Assembly: GCA_045632285.1 (NCBI GenBank)
Contig: JAZQWJ010000039.1
Coordinates: 5,478-69,477 of the forward strand
Source: Eubacteriales bacterium
Lineage (GTDB): Bacteria; Bacillota; Clostridia; Oscillospirales; CAG-272
Length of the DNA stretch: 64,000 bases
Direction: 5' to 3'
Part shown: one piece after another, positions 1-8,953 of the stretch
How positions within the stretch are numbered: the stretch's first letter is position 1
Layout: each line of letters starts with the position of its first letter
Program-made: the position numbers and the translations under genes
The notes under the pieces: generated by a model
The model's database searches: none
What the model was told of the DNA's origin: nothing
The model's input: only the letters and a program-made list of their open reading frames with translations

Positions 1-1
1 C

Positions 2-73
2 GGTATACAGCTTGCAAAAGAAAGATTGCCCCGTATAAAGCAGGATCAAAATAAATATGTAAAAGTATTCCAC
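2..73 (-). CDS. 5' fragment of a membrane protein running off the window (possibly DMT/EamA-type transporter)
   Basis: Not in the ORF track. GTG at 73 follows GAGAGAGGA. Translates to hydrophobic MEYFYIFILILLYTGQSFFCKLYT and stays open to the window edge. Confidence 0.55.
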   Translation of the reverse strand, partial: MEYFYIFILILLYTGQSFFCKLYT

Positions 74-94
74 GTGTGTTGTCCTCTCTCTACT

Positions 95-775
95 TTATTT
101 GCTAAGCCGTCTCTTGTCCATATAAAAATCACTCATATGCCGCTCGGCATAGCGAAGCATACGGTCTTGAAAGCCACGGTGATTTTTGCGGAAGAAGACA
201 GGAATATGGTTGCCTTCACGCTCAATATAACGCTTTAATTCAAAAATGTAGTCTGCCATTTCGCGGTCTCCTCCCTCCCTAATGGCGCGGCAAAGATAGG
301 CGATGATGCGATCATCCGCTTCTTCAAAGCACGCAAGGATCTCGGCAGGCTCTCGCTCAGAAAGCTCCAGCAGCATACGGTAGGCGATCAGGGGGCGAAA
401 GGCTTCGTCTCCGTCCAATTGTATCCGCAGTTTTTTGGGAATATCTGTCCACAGCTCCAAAACGTTTTCTGCGTAATCGGCAAGATAACGCTCAACGCCC
501 TCGTTGACAAGCTCAAAGCTTAAGGCGTCTGCAGACCTGGAGACCTCTCTGCGGCGATCGTATAAAAAGTAGTTGGCGCGCTCTCCTTTTTCACGGTGTG
601 CAACGTACATAACAATGCCGCCTGTGATAAACAAAAGCACGATCACGATGTACAAAAACACTCGAAGACCTTGGCTGCTTGCCAACGCTGCCGGAAAAAA
701 CAGCACCAAGGCCAATAGCGCACAGGCAGTTGCGATATGCATAGCGTGTTCAAAAAAGAACTTATTTTGCTTCAT
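95..775 (-). CDS. hypothetical protein with two N-terminal TM helices and a soluble helical domain
   Basis: 226-aa ORF with AGGAG RBS, 14 nt after the pcrA stop. Hydrophobic stretches at about residues 12-32 and 37-58. Confidence 0.8.
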   Translation of the reverse strand: MKQNKFFFEHAMHIATACALLALVLFFPAALASSQGLRVFLYIVIVLLFITGGIVMYVAHREKGERANYFLYDRRREVSRSADALSFELVNEGVERYLADYAENVLELWTDIPKKLRIQLDGDEAFRPLIAYRMLLELSEREPAEILACFEEADDRIIAYLCRAIREGGDREMADYIFELKRYIEREGNHIPVFFRKNHRGFQDRMLRYAERHMSDFYMDKRRLSK

Positions 776-789
776 AATGCGACTCCTTA

Positions 790-3192
790 TTATATTTTCT
801 TTAGTTTTGCATATGTTGCCATCAGTTTTTTTGTTCCTTTGGTGTCAAATGCGATTTCATAAAGCGTATCGGCGCCCATCTTGGTAACGGTTAAGATCGT
901 ACCCTCGCCAAACAGCATATGTTTCACACGATCCCCTGCTGCCAGCAGGTCGGCAGAAGCTGCAGGCTTAGGCGCAGCGCGTCCGACCGAGATCGGTGCG
1001 GATGCCGCGTGTCGCACTTGTTCTCCCCATTGTCGGGCACTCATACCGCCAACGGCTCTGCCCTCGTTTGCAGGAGACTTGGGCAGATCCAATAGCCGTT
1101 CGGGGATCTCTGCCAAAAAGCGAGAAGCGGGATTACAGGAGGTATGTCCGTACAGCAAACGGGACTTGGTGTGAAGAATATACAGCTCATCCTTGGCGCG
1201 GGTGATCGCCACGTAGGCAAGGCGACGTTCCTCCTCGATCTCCTCAGGACCCGCCATAACGGTCTGCATACCGGGGAAAATCCCCTCCTCAAAGCCGGGC
1301 AAGAATACGCGGGGAAATTCCAGACCCTTGGCGCTGTGAATGGTCATCAGCACCACGGCATCGGCACTGTCGTCGTAACGGTCAACATCGGCAACAAGCG
1401 CAGTCTCCTGCAAGAATTCGGAAAGCGAGGGCTCCTCTACACTTTCCATATATTCCTTGATCTGAGAAATAAATTCCTCAAGGTTGTCAAGCCGCTCGGC
1501 CTCTTCGGGGCCCATATCTCGGATCATCTGGCGATATCCGGAGCGATCCAGAACCTCATCCACAAATTGATCAAGCGGCATGACGTCAAGCAGGGCTGTC
1601 AACTCGTTGATCAAGGCAGCAAACTGCTTTAAGGTGTTGGCGGAGCGAGAAAGCGCGATATATTGATCTGCGCGTTCCATGACCTGAAACATGCTGTAGC
1701 CTTCGTTTTCAGCGATCTCTTCCACAGCTGTCAGCGTGCGCTCGCCCAGCTTTCGTTTGGGCTCGTTGACAATGCGCAGCAGTCTTTCCTTGTCACTGTG
1801 ATTTTCAATAACCTGCAGGTATGCCACAGCATCTCGGATCTCCTTTCGATCCGAGAAGCGCACACCGCCCAGCATACGGTATGGAACTGCGCTGCGCGCA
1901 AAGGCGCCTTCTAACGACTGAGACTGCGCATTGGCGCGGAACAGCACGGCAAAATCGCTGTATCTGCACTGCCCTGCAGCTACAGCCTTTTGGATCACGT
2001 CCACAATGGCTCTTGCTTCGGCATTCTGGTGCTCGGGATTCAGTACGTGGATCTTGTTTCCGTCGCCGCGGTTGGTAAACAGTGTTTTGCGCATGGCGTC
2101 ATCCTTGGTGTTGTGAGAGATCACCGCATTGGCGGCATCCAGGATCGACTGCGTCGAGCGATAATTCTGCTCCAAACGGATCAGGGTGGCGGGATGAAAG
2201 ACCTTGGTAAACTGGCGGATATTTTCAATGGTGGCGCCGCGGAACTTATAAATACTCTGGTCGTCGTCGCCCACGACCATCAAATTACGATGCCCGCCGG
2301 ATAGCAGCTCGGTCAGGCGAAATTGTGCCCCGTTGGTATCCTGATACTCGTCTACGCAAACGTAGCGGAATTGATTTTGATAGGAGCGCAAAATGTCGGG
2401 ATTATTGCGCAGCAGATCCACGGTACGTACGATGATATCGTCAAAATCCATTGCGTTGGATTCTGCCAATCGCTTTTGGTATGCAAAATAGACCTTTTCC
2501 AGCTGCTTCATGCGGTATTCGTTGCCCATCTCCAGTAAAAACTGCTCGGGGCCGATCAGTTTATCCTTGGCGCGGCTGATGGCATTGAGCGCGGTTTTCA
2601 CCGGCAACACCTTTTCGTCGATATTCAGCGAGGAAAGCACCGCTTTTATGGCCTTTTTTTGGTCGTCGGTATCATAGACGGTAAAGCCGGGTTGAAGCCC
2701 TGCTTCTACGGTATAGCGACGCAAAATGCGCATACAGATCGAGTGGAAGGTGCCCGCCCAGATCGATCCGGAAAGGTCCGGATCCTCAGGAAAGGCGGCG
2801 GAAAGGCGCGCCTTGATCTCGTTGGCAGCTTTGTTGGTAAAGGTGATAGCAAGCACGCGCCAAGGGGGACAAGGATCGTTTGCAAACCCGCAAAGCAGTG
2901 CCTCCAGCTCATCAGCGGACATTGGCTCGCGCAATGCGCGCTCCAAAGCCTCTACGTGCGCCTCGGTCACGCCGGCCGGTACAACCTCGCTGTGATAGGC
3001 GTTTCCAAAGCGGATGATATAAGCAATGCGACGCACCAAAACAGTGGTTTTGCCGCTTCCCGCTCCGGCCAGGATCAGCAACGGATTTTCAATATGATAA
3101 ACAGCCTGACGCTGCTCGTTGTTAAGAGATGCGTAATAGCGGTCAAATAAATTGCGTTTGGCTGCAAGATAACGTGCGTTGATATCGGACAT
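790..3192 (-). CDS. pcrA: ATP-dependent DNA helicase PcrA/UvrD
   Basis: SF1 motifs AGAGSGKT, TFTNKAA, VDEYQDTN, VGDDDQSIY, QNYRST, TIHSAKGLEF, EERRLAYVAITRAK, plus a C-terminal Tudor-like domain. Confidence 0.97.
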   Translation of the reverse strand: MSDINARYLAAKRNLFDRYYASLNNEQRQAVYHIENPLLILAGAGSGKTTVLVRRIAYIIRFGNAYHSEVVPAGVTEAHVEALERALREPMSADELEALLCGFANDPCPPWRVLAITFTNKAANEIKARLSAAFPEDPDLSGSIWAGTFHSICMRILRRYTVEAGLQPGFTVYDTDDQKKAIKAVLSSLNIDEKVLPVKTALNAISRAKDKLIGPEQFLLEMGNEYRMKQLEKVYFAYQKRLAESNAMDFDDIIVRTVDLLRNNPDILRSYQNQFRYVCVDEYQDTNGAQFRLTELLSGGHRNLMVVGDDDQSIYKFRGATIENIRQFTKVFHPATLIRLEQNYRSTQSILDAANAVISHNTKDDAMRKTLFTNRGDGNKIHVLNPEHQNAEARAIVDVIQKAVAAGQCRYSDFAVLFRANAQSQSLEGAFARSAVPYRMLGGVRFSDRKEIRDAVAYLQVIENHSDKERLLRIVNEPKRKLGERTLTAVEEIAENEGYSMFQVMERADQYIALSRSANTLKQFAALINELTALLDVMPLDQFVDEVLDRSGYRQMIRDMGPEEAERLDNLEEFISQIKEYMESVEEPSLSEFLQETALVADVDRYDDSADAVVLMTIHSAKGLEFPRVFLPGFEEGIFPGMQTVMAGPEEIEEERRLAYVAITRAKDELYILHTKSRLLYGHTSCNPASRFLAEIPERLLDLPKSPANEGRAVGGMSARQWGEQVRHAASAPISVGRAAPKPAASADLLAAGDRVKHMLFGEGTILTVTKMGADTLYEIAFDTKGTKKLMATYAKLKKI

Positions 3193-3219
3193 GATATACC
3201 CCTTGATTTTATTTCCTTT

Positions 3220-3248
3220 ATTATACTATATTTTGAAAAAAAAAGCAA
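3220..3248 (-). promoter_or_regulatory. sigma-A promoter of pcrA
   Basis: TTGCTT-17 bp-TATAAT on the minus strand. Confidence 0.7.
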
Positions 3249-3260
3249 CCGAAAAAAAAG

Positions 3261-3288
3261 AAAAAGGAGCCGAAAAATTCGGCTCCTT
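3261..3288 (-). terminator. intrinsic terminator downstream of the 40-aa gene
   Basis: Inverted repeat AAGGAGCCGAA/TTCGGCTCCTT followed by a T-rich tract on the minus strand. Confidence 0.8.
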
Positions 3289-3303
3289 GGTCGTTGCGTA
3301 AAA

Positions 3304-3426
3304 TCAGCCCTTGCGATCTGCGGGCTTTTTTTCTTCACCCTGCTGTGGCTTTTGATTTTGGTTTTTGTTTTGGCTTTCCTGCTTGTTTTGTGCCTTTGCT
3401 TTTTGCTTATTTTGATTATCCTGCAT
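3304..3426 (-). CDS. 40-aa Gln/Asn/Lys-rich small protein, possible small spore protein
   Basis: Below the ORF-track cutoff. Sequence MQDNQNKQKAKAQNKQESQNKNQNQKPQQGEEKKPADRKG, AAGGAG RBS 8 nt upstream, own terminator. Confidence 0.75.
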   Translation of the reverse strand: MQDNQNKQKAKAQNKQESQNKNQNQKPQQGEEKKPADRKG

Positions 3427-3463
3427 GATCGTGTCTCCTTTGATTTTCATTGGGATACATCAA

Positions 3464-3493
3464 TAGTGTGGCACCAAGCTCCGCACTTTATTC
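3464..3493 (-). promoter_or_regulatory. sigma-G-like forespore promoter
   Basis: GAATA-18 bp-CACACTA, compared with the B. subtilis sigma-G consensus GHATA-N18-CATNHTA. Confidence 0.6.
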
Positions 3494-4880
3494 AATCGTA
3501 TTGATATCTGTTTTTGATCTGGGTATAAATGCAGGTCAGTGTGATCGCAAAAACGGCGGAAAAGATCACGGAAAGCGAAAAGTCAAAGATCCATAGAAAA
3601 TCTAAAAAATGATAGATGCCCTTTCCGGAGGGCGTTTGGATAAAGTCGTACAAAAATGACAGCACGGCGGCAAAAAAGCCCAAGGCAGCGCAAAGCAAAA
3701 GACGACCATCAAGAGAGGCGAGCAGCTCCTTGTGATTTCGTTGTTCAAAATCGCTTTCGGCGCATTCGGCACGATAGCCTGCCCATTCCTTTATCACGCG
3801 GCGCAGAAGCAGCAAAACAGAGATCATCAACGCTACAAACACAAAAAGCTCGATCATTGCCCATATCCACATTTTTGCATAGGCCAGATCCGCTTCTCTG
3901 TTTTTGCCGAGAGCGCTGGGGCTAAAGCTGATCGCAAACAGATAAGAAAGCTCGCTTGAAGTATAGGATACCGCAGCGTATCCCACGGAAAGCAGGGCTG
4001 TCACGCCGCGCAGTGTGCCGGGCACCATCGTAAACAGCGCGCCGATGCCGATCAGGATCGCGGCGATATGATCGGGGATCACATTTTGAAAATCAAGATA
4101 AAAATCCGTCAGCAATATGCCTCCCGCACCCATCAGCGCAAAGCCCACCGCGTGGCGGCGCTTGACCCTGATACCGGGATGGCTGTTGTAATAGTCTTGA
4201 TATTGCTTACCAAGCGGCGCTGTCATTTGTAATTGGCGGCGCACCTTTGCAAAATAAAGGATCAGCCGAACTGCAAGAAACAGTCCAAACAAGGCAACGA
4301 TCACACACGCCAAAAGGCGCATAATACCGATGTATTCATATAAATGATCCATCGCAGAATCATTGAAGGAGGATCTGGTCAGTGCCGTTAGCTCCGGCAA
4401 GAGGCAGACTGCTTCACGCGTGATAACAAATACGATAAAAAGCTTGCAGATGCGGTCGGTCAAAGAGGCTCTGCCCGCTTGATCGGTGTACAGCTCGGTA
4501 CATTCATAACGCGAAGCCAGCACGTAAAGATCGTCAAACAGACGGCGCAACGCGGGCAACAAAAAGAACAACTCGACCACGGCGGCGGCAAAGGCAACGA
4601 TCAGCAAGGACGTGGGCTGCTCGGCGTTGCCGGAGCCCATACCGAAAATGGCGATCAGCAACACGACCTTAACGGCATCCACTCCCGCCAGCTTTAAAAA
4701 AGCTTTTTGTGTTTCGGCAATAAACGGATAGATCAATGCCACGCGTGAAAGACCGAGGCAGATCAGCAAGCAACCGATGAAATCGGGCAATACGTCCAGG
4801 GCGGCAAAGGTGGGGTTGCAGAAAAAGCACAGTCCCAGCAGCACCGCGCCAAAACGCATCAGCTTTGCATCACTCGTCAT
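3492..4880 (-). CDS. polytopic membrane protein with an internal duplication
   Basis: 462 aa, about 10-11 hydrophobic segments. DVLPDFIG and NVIPDHIA motifs open the two halves. Overlaps the upstream gene. Confidence 0.8.
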   Translation of the reverse strand: MTSDAKLMRFGAVLLGLCFFCNPTFAALDVLPDFIGCLLICLGLSRVALIYPFIAETQKAFLKLAGVDAVKVVLLIAIFGMGSGNAEQPTSLLIVAFAAAVVELFFLLPALRRLFDDLYVLASRYECTELYTDQAGRASLTDRICKLFIVFVITREAVCLLPELTALTRSSFNDSAMDHLYEYIGIMRLLACVIVALFGLFLAVRLILYFAKVRRQLQMTAPLGKQYQDYYNSHPGIRVKRRHAVGFALMGAGGILLTDFYLDFQNVIPDHIAAILIGIGALFTMVPGTLRGVTALLSVGYAAVSYTSSELSYLFAISFSPSALGKNREADLAYAKMWIWAMIELFVFVALMISVLLLLRRVIKEWAGYRAECAESDFEQRNHKELLASLDGRLLLCAALGFFAAVLSFLYDFIQTPSGKGIYHFLDFLWIFDFSLSVIFSAVFAITLTCIYTQIKNRYQYD

Positions 4881-5511
4881 ATTGCTCTCCCTCCTCTTCT
4901 TCTCCTCTTGCTACACCTTTTTTCTTTGTGGAGGTCAGCTCGGGCATATGCTCGTCCCCCTCCGGGCAAATGTAGCGATAACAGTTGAATATCAGCATCA
5001 TATTCAGTATCAAAAAGAAAATACGCAAAAGCACCAAAGGCAGTGCAAAAAATCCCGCGTGATCGCGGATAAATGCAAACGGAAGCACAGAAACAAGATA
5101 CAGCACGTAACAAAGACCAACCATGATCAGGTTACGGTATGCGTTGCTTTGAATGCCAACCAGCTTTAGCTCAGAGCAAAGGCCGATGATGGCATATAGC
5201 AGCATAACGTGCAGGATCAGTGTCATTGCGGCATAGCACCATTCGGTAATTTGAAAAAATTTTCCGCCAAGTATCCACCACTGCGCACCGATGCCAAGCT
5301 GTGCCAAGCCGTAAAAGGAAAAATACAGAGCGAAGGGCAAGGAGGCAAAGGAAAAATACCAGCAATACCGAAAGCGATCGTGATAATGCGCTAAATGATA
5401 CAATCCAAAGACCATCATGGGATAGCCAACAAGCTTTGCAAAGGAGAGAGGGGCGTAAAGTGACATAACGTTGGAAAAAAAGTAACCGACCAGCAGCCAT
5501 CCAAAGCCCAT
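4870..5511 (-). CDS. polytopic membrane protein
   Basis: 213 aa, about 6 hydrophobic segments, strong GAGGAGGGGAG RBS, 34 nt after secA. Confidence 0.82.
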   Translation of the reverse strand: MGFGWLLVGYFFSNVMSLYAPLSFAKLVGYPMMVFGLYHLAHYHDRFRYCWYFSFASLPFALYFSFYGLAQLGIGAQWWILGGKFFQITEWCYAAMTLILHVMLLYAIIGLCSELKLVGIQSNAYRNLIMVGLCYVLYLVSVLPFAFIRDHAGFFALPLVLLRIFFLILNMMLIFNCYRYICPEGDEHMPELTSTKKKGVARGEEEEGEQYDE

Positions 5512-5545
5512 TATACTCCCCTCCTCTCTTGAACTGCGTGATGCA

Positions 5546-8287
5546 TTATTGCTCTCCGCCGTTTGCAGGCGCGCCGCAGCATTTTTTGTATTTTTTTCCG
5601 CTGCCGCAAGGGCAAAGATCGTTTCTGCCGACCTTTTCGGCTTTGCGTACGATCACGGTCGTTTTTTTCTTTTCTTTGTCGGCACCTGCAAAGCCTTCAC
5701 TCAAGGGCTTTGCGACCTGAACGCGCTTGATGGGTTGCTGCTTCGGCACAGCGGACAACACATGGCGCATCATCTCCTCACGGATCTCGGCCACCATTTC
5801 TTCAAAGAGATTAGAGCCTTGAATGCGGTACTCGGTGATCGGATCGCGTTGCGCGTAGGATTGCAATCCCACGCCCTCCTTCAAGTCGTCCATCAGATCG
5901 ATATGCTCCATCCAATGGCGGTCAACGGTCTGCAAAAGGATCGAGCGCTCGACCTCCGGGAAGATATCCTCCCCAAACAGCGCGGGCTTACCCTCATAGA
6001 CCTGCATCGCCTTTTCAAACAAATAATCAGACAGCTCACGCGCCTTGCGCAGCTTTTTGTTGTCGATCGCTTCTTGCAGCGCGCCTGCGCTGAGCATATA
6101 TCCATACTGCTTTTCCAGCCCATCGATGTTCCAAAGCGCCGTATCGTCACCCGAAGCAAGAGAGGCAACAGTCTCCTCGATCGAGGAGCGCATCATGCCC
6201 TTGATCGTTGCGGATATATCATCGCCGTCCAGCACCTCCTTGCGCTGGCTGTAAATAAGATTGCGCTGCTGATTCATCACGTCATCATAGGTCAGCACGT
6301 ATTTTCTGCGCTTGAAGTTGTTATCCTCAATGCGTTTTTGCGCACTTTCAATGGCTCCTGTCAGAATTCTGGAGTTGATCGGCTCATCGTCCGGCAGCCC
6401 CATACGGTCTACAAAGCCCATCAAGCGGCCTGCGCCGAACAAACGCATCAGATCGTCCTCTAAGGACAGGAAAAAGCGAGATTCTCCGGGATCGCCCTGA
6501 CGGCCGGAACGGCCGCGCAGCTGATTGTCGATACGGCGGCTCTCGTGCCGCTCGGTACCAAGGATATACAGACCGCCCGCCTCGCGCACGCGTTGTGCCT
6601 CGGGCTCGATGATCTCCTTAAAATGCGCATTCAGCTGATGGAAGGTCTCGCGTGCGGCACGGATCTCGTTGTCCTCGATATCGGCCGTGCCGGTGGACAT
6701 AGCGATCAACTCTTCGGTATAGCCCTGCTTACGCATTTCGTTTTTGGCCATATATTCGGAGTTACCGCCCAGCATGATATCGGTACCGCGTCCCGCCATA
6801 TTGGTGGAAATGGTCACAGCGCCGAATTTGCCCGCCTGTGCAACGATCTCCGCCTCGCGCTCGTGATGCTTTGCATTCAGTACGTTATGCGGTATGCCGC
6901 GACGCTTCAGCTTGGCAGACAGCTCCTCTGACTTGTCCACGCTGACGGTACCGACCAGAACGGGCTGACCCTTGGCGTGGCACGCCTCGATCTGCGCAAG
7001 AATGGCCTCGGTCTTCCCCTTCAGATTTTTGAACACATAGTCATTTTGGTCCTTGCGGATCATCGGGCGATTGGTGGGGACCTCTACAACGTCCAGTGCA
7101 TAGATCTCTCGGAATTCGGCATCCTCGGTCAGTGCAGTACCCGTCATACCCGACAGCTTGCGATACATACGGAAGTAATTTTGTAAGGTGATGGTGGCCA
7201 GCGTGCGATTCTCTTTTTGTACCTGAACGCCCTCCTTGGCCTCTATCGCCTGATGCAGACCGTTGGAATAACGACGTCCCGGCATGATACGGCCGGTAAA
7301 ACTATCTACGATCATCACGCCGTTCTCGTTAACCACGTAATCCACGTCGCGCTTCATCACACCGTGTGCGTGTATGGCTTGATTGACGTGGTGCGCGATG
7401 GTGGAATTGGCAGGGTCAGAAAAGTTCTCCAGGCCAAAGAATTCTTCGGCGCGCTTGGCTCCCTTAGGGGTCAAAATGGCATTGCGCGCCTTTTCATCGA
7501 CCAGATAGTCCACGTCAAGCTCGTCCATGCTTTCTTTTTTGTCCACTTCCTTTTGAACCAGCTTGGTCATCTGGCGCACCAAGCGCTCGGCTTGCTCGTA
7601 CAGATCGGTGGATTTCTGTCCGGCACCCGAAATGATCAGAGGCGTTCTGGCTTCATCGATCAAAATGGAGTCTACCTCGTCCACAATGGCAAAGGCGTGA
7701 CCGCGCTGTACCATATCGGATTTGTAAACGACCATATTGTCGCGCAGATAGTCAAAGCCAAACTCATTGTTGGTACCGTAGGTGATATCGGCATTGTATG
7801 CCGCTTGCTTTTCGGCGGGAGTCAGGCCGTGTACAACAAGACCCGTAGAAAGCCCCATAAAAGCATAAACACGGCCCATTTCCTCGCTGTCGCGTCGGGC
7901 AAGGTAATCATTAACGGTTACCACGTGTACGCCGTCGCCCGCAAGGGCATTGAGATAAGCGGGCATAGTCGCCACCAACGTTTTACCTTCACCGGTCTTC
8001 ATTTCGGCAATTCTGCCTTGGTGCAGCAGGATACCGCCCAAAACCTGTACGTAAAAGGGGCGCTTTCCAAGTACGCGGGCATCTGCCTCGCGCACGGCAG
8101 CAAAGGCATCGCACAAAATGTCGTCAAGTGTTTCTCCGGCAGAAAGACGCGCCTTTAACGCTACGGTGACCTGCGACAGCTCCTCGTTGCTCATTTCAGC
8201 GTATTTGGGGGCCAGTGCCTCAACGGCGTTGGCAATTTTTTTCAGCTTTTTGATCTGGCGTTCGCTGTAAGAACGGAAAAGTCCCAT
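5546..8287 (-). CDS. secA: preprotein translocase ATPase SecA
   Basis: MKTGEGKT, DEVDSILIDEARTPLII, TNMAGRGTDI, QLRGRSGRQGDPG and a C-terminal SEC-C motif CPCGSGKKYKKCC. Start placed at the ATG after GGAGG. Confidence 0.98.
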   Translation of the reverse strand: MGLFRSYSERQIKKLKKIANAVEALAPKYAEMSNEELSQVTVALKARLSAGETLDDILCDAFAAVREADARVLGKRPFYVQVLGGILLHQGRIAEMKTGEGKTLVATMPAYLNALAGDGVHVVTVNDYLARRDSEEMGRVYAFMGLSTGLVVHGLTPAEKQAAYNADITYGTNNEFGFDYLRDNMVVYKSDMVQRGHAFAIVDEVDSILIDEARTPLIISGAGQKSTDLYEQAERLVRQMTKLVQKEVDKKESMDELDVDYLVDEKARNAILTPKGAKRAEEFFGLENFSDPANSTIAHHVNQAIHAHGVMKRDVDYVVNENGVMIVDSFTGRIMPGRRYSNGLHQAIEAKEGVQVQKENRTLATITLQNYFRMYRKLSGMTGTALTEDAEFREIYALDVVEVPTNRPMIRKDQNDYVFKNLKGKTEAILAQIEACHAKGQPVLVGTVSVDKSEELSAKLKRRGIPHNVLNAKHHEREAEIVAQAGKFGAVTISTNMAGRGTDIMLGGNSEYMAKNEMRKQGYTEELIAMSTGTADIEDNEIRAARETFHQLNAHFKEIIEPEAQRVREAGGLYILGTERHESRRIDNQLRGRSGRQGDPGESRFFLSLEDDLMRLFGAGRLMGFVDRMGLPDDEPINSRILTGAIESAQKRIEDNNFKRRKYVLTYDDVMNQQRNLIYSQRKEVLDGDDISATIKGMMRSSIEETVASLASGDDTALWNIDGLEKQYGYMLSAGALQEAIDNKKLRKARELSDYLFEKAMQVYEGKPALFGEDIFPEVERSILLQTVDRHWMEHIDLMDDLKEGVGLQSYAQRDPITEYRIQGSNLFEEMVAEIREEMMRHVLSAVPKQQPIKRVQVAKPLSEGFAGADKEKKKTTVIVRKAEKVGRNDLCPCGSGKKYKKCCGAPANGGEQ

Positions 8288-8386
8288 ATAGACCTCCATA
8301 AAATGCAATAATATAATTATTATACTACATTATAGAGAAAAATGCTATATGATCGCCAAAAAATTTGCAAAATATTTATTTGTGTC

Positions 8387-8415
8387 TTGAAACAAAGGCT
8401 TAAATCGGCTATAAT
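8387..8415 (+). promoter_or_regulatory. sigma-A promoter of trmL-mnmA
   Basis: TTGAAA-17 bp-TATAAT. Confidence 0.75.
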
Positions 8416-8443
8416 AAAGATGAATTTCACAACGGAGGACGTT

Positions 8444-8953
8444 ATGCCGCATATCAATATTGTTTTGCACGAGCCCGAGATCCCGCAAAACACAGGTAAT
8501 ATCGCCAGGACCTGTGCCGCTACCGGTGCCTCTCTTCACCTCATTCGCCCTATGGGCTTTGAGGTCGACGACAAAAAGCTGAAGCGCGCCGGGTTGGATT
8601 ACTGGGATAAGCTTGACATTACTTATTATGACGGCTTGGCTGATTTTAACGCCAAGCACCCGGATGCTAAGATCTTTTATTTTACCACCAAGGGAAAACA
8701 CCTTTATACCGAGGTAAGCTACCCCGAGGAGGTCTACATTATGTTTGGCAAAGAGAGTGCCGGGCTGCCCGAGGAGCTTCTTTTTGCGCATCCAAACGAG
8801 GCTGTTCGTTTGCCTATGCGCCCCACTCTGCGCAGTTTAAACCTTTCAAACACCGTGGCTATTGCGGTTTTTGAGATCCTGCGCCAATATGATTTTGAGG
8901 GACTGTGCGCAGAGGGAGAGCTGACCAAATACGATTGGAGCGATGCAACATGA
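8444..8953 (+). CDS. trmL: tRNA (cytidine/uridine-34-2'-O)-methyltransferase
   Basis: SPOUT motifs PEIPQNTGNIARTC, RAGLDYW, FGKESAGLP, RSLNLSN. GGAGG RBS before ATG 8444. Confidence 0.95.
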   Translation: MPHINIVLHEPEIPQNTGNIARTCAATGASLHLIRPMGFEVDDKKLKRAGLDYWDKLDITYYDGLADFNAKHPDAKIFYFTTKGKHLYTEVSYPEEVYIMFGKESAGLPEELLFAHPNEAVRLPMRPTLRSLNLSNTVAIAVFEILRQYDFEGLCAEGELTKYDWSDAT

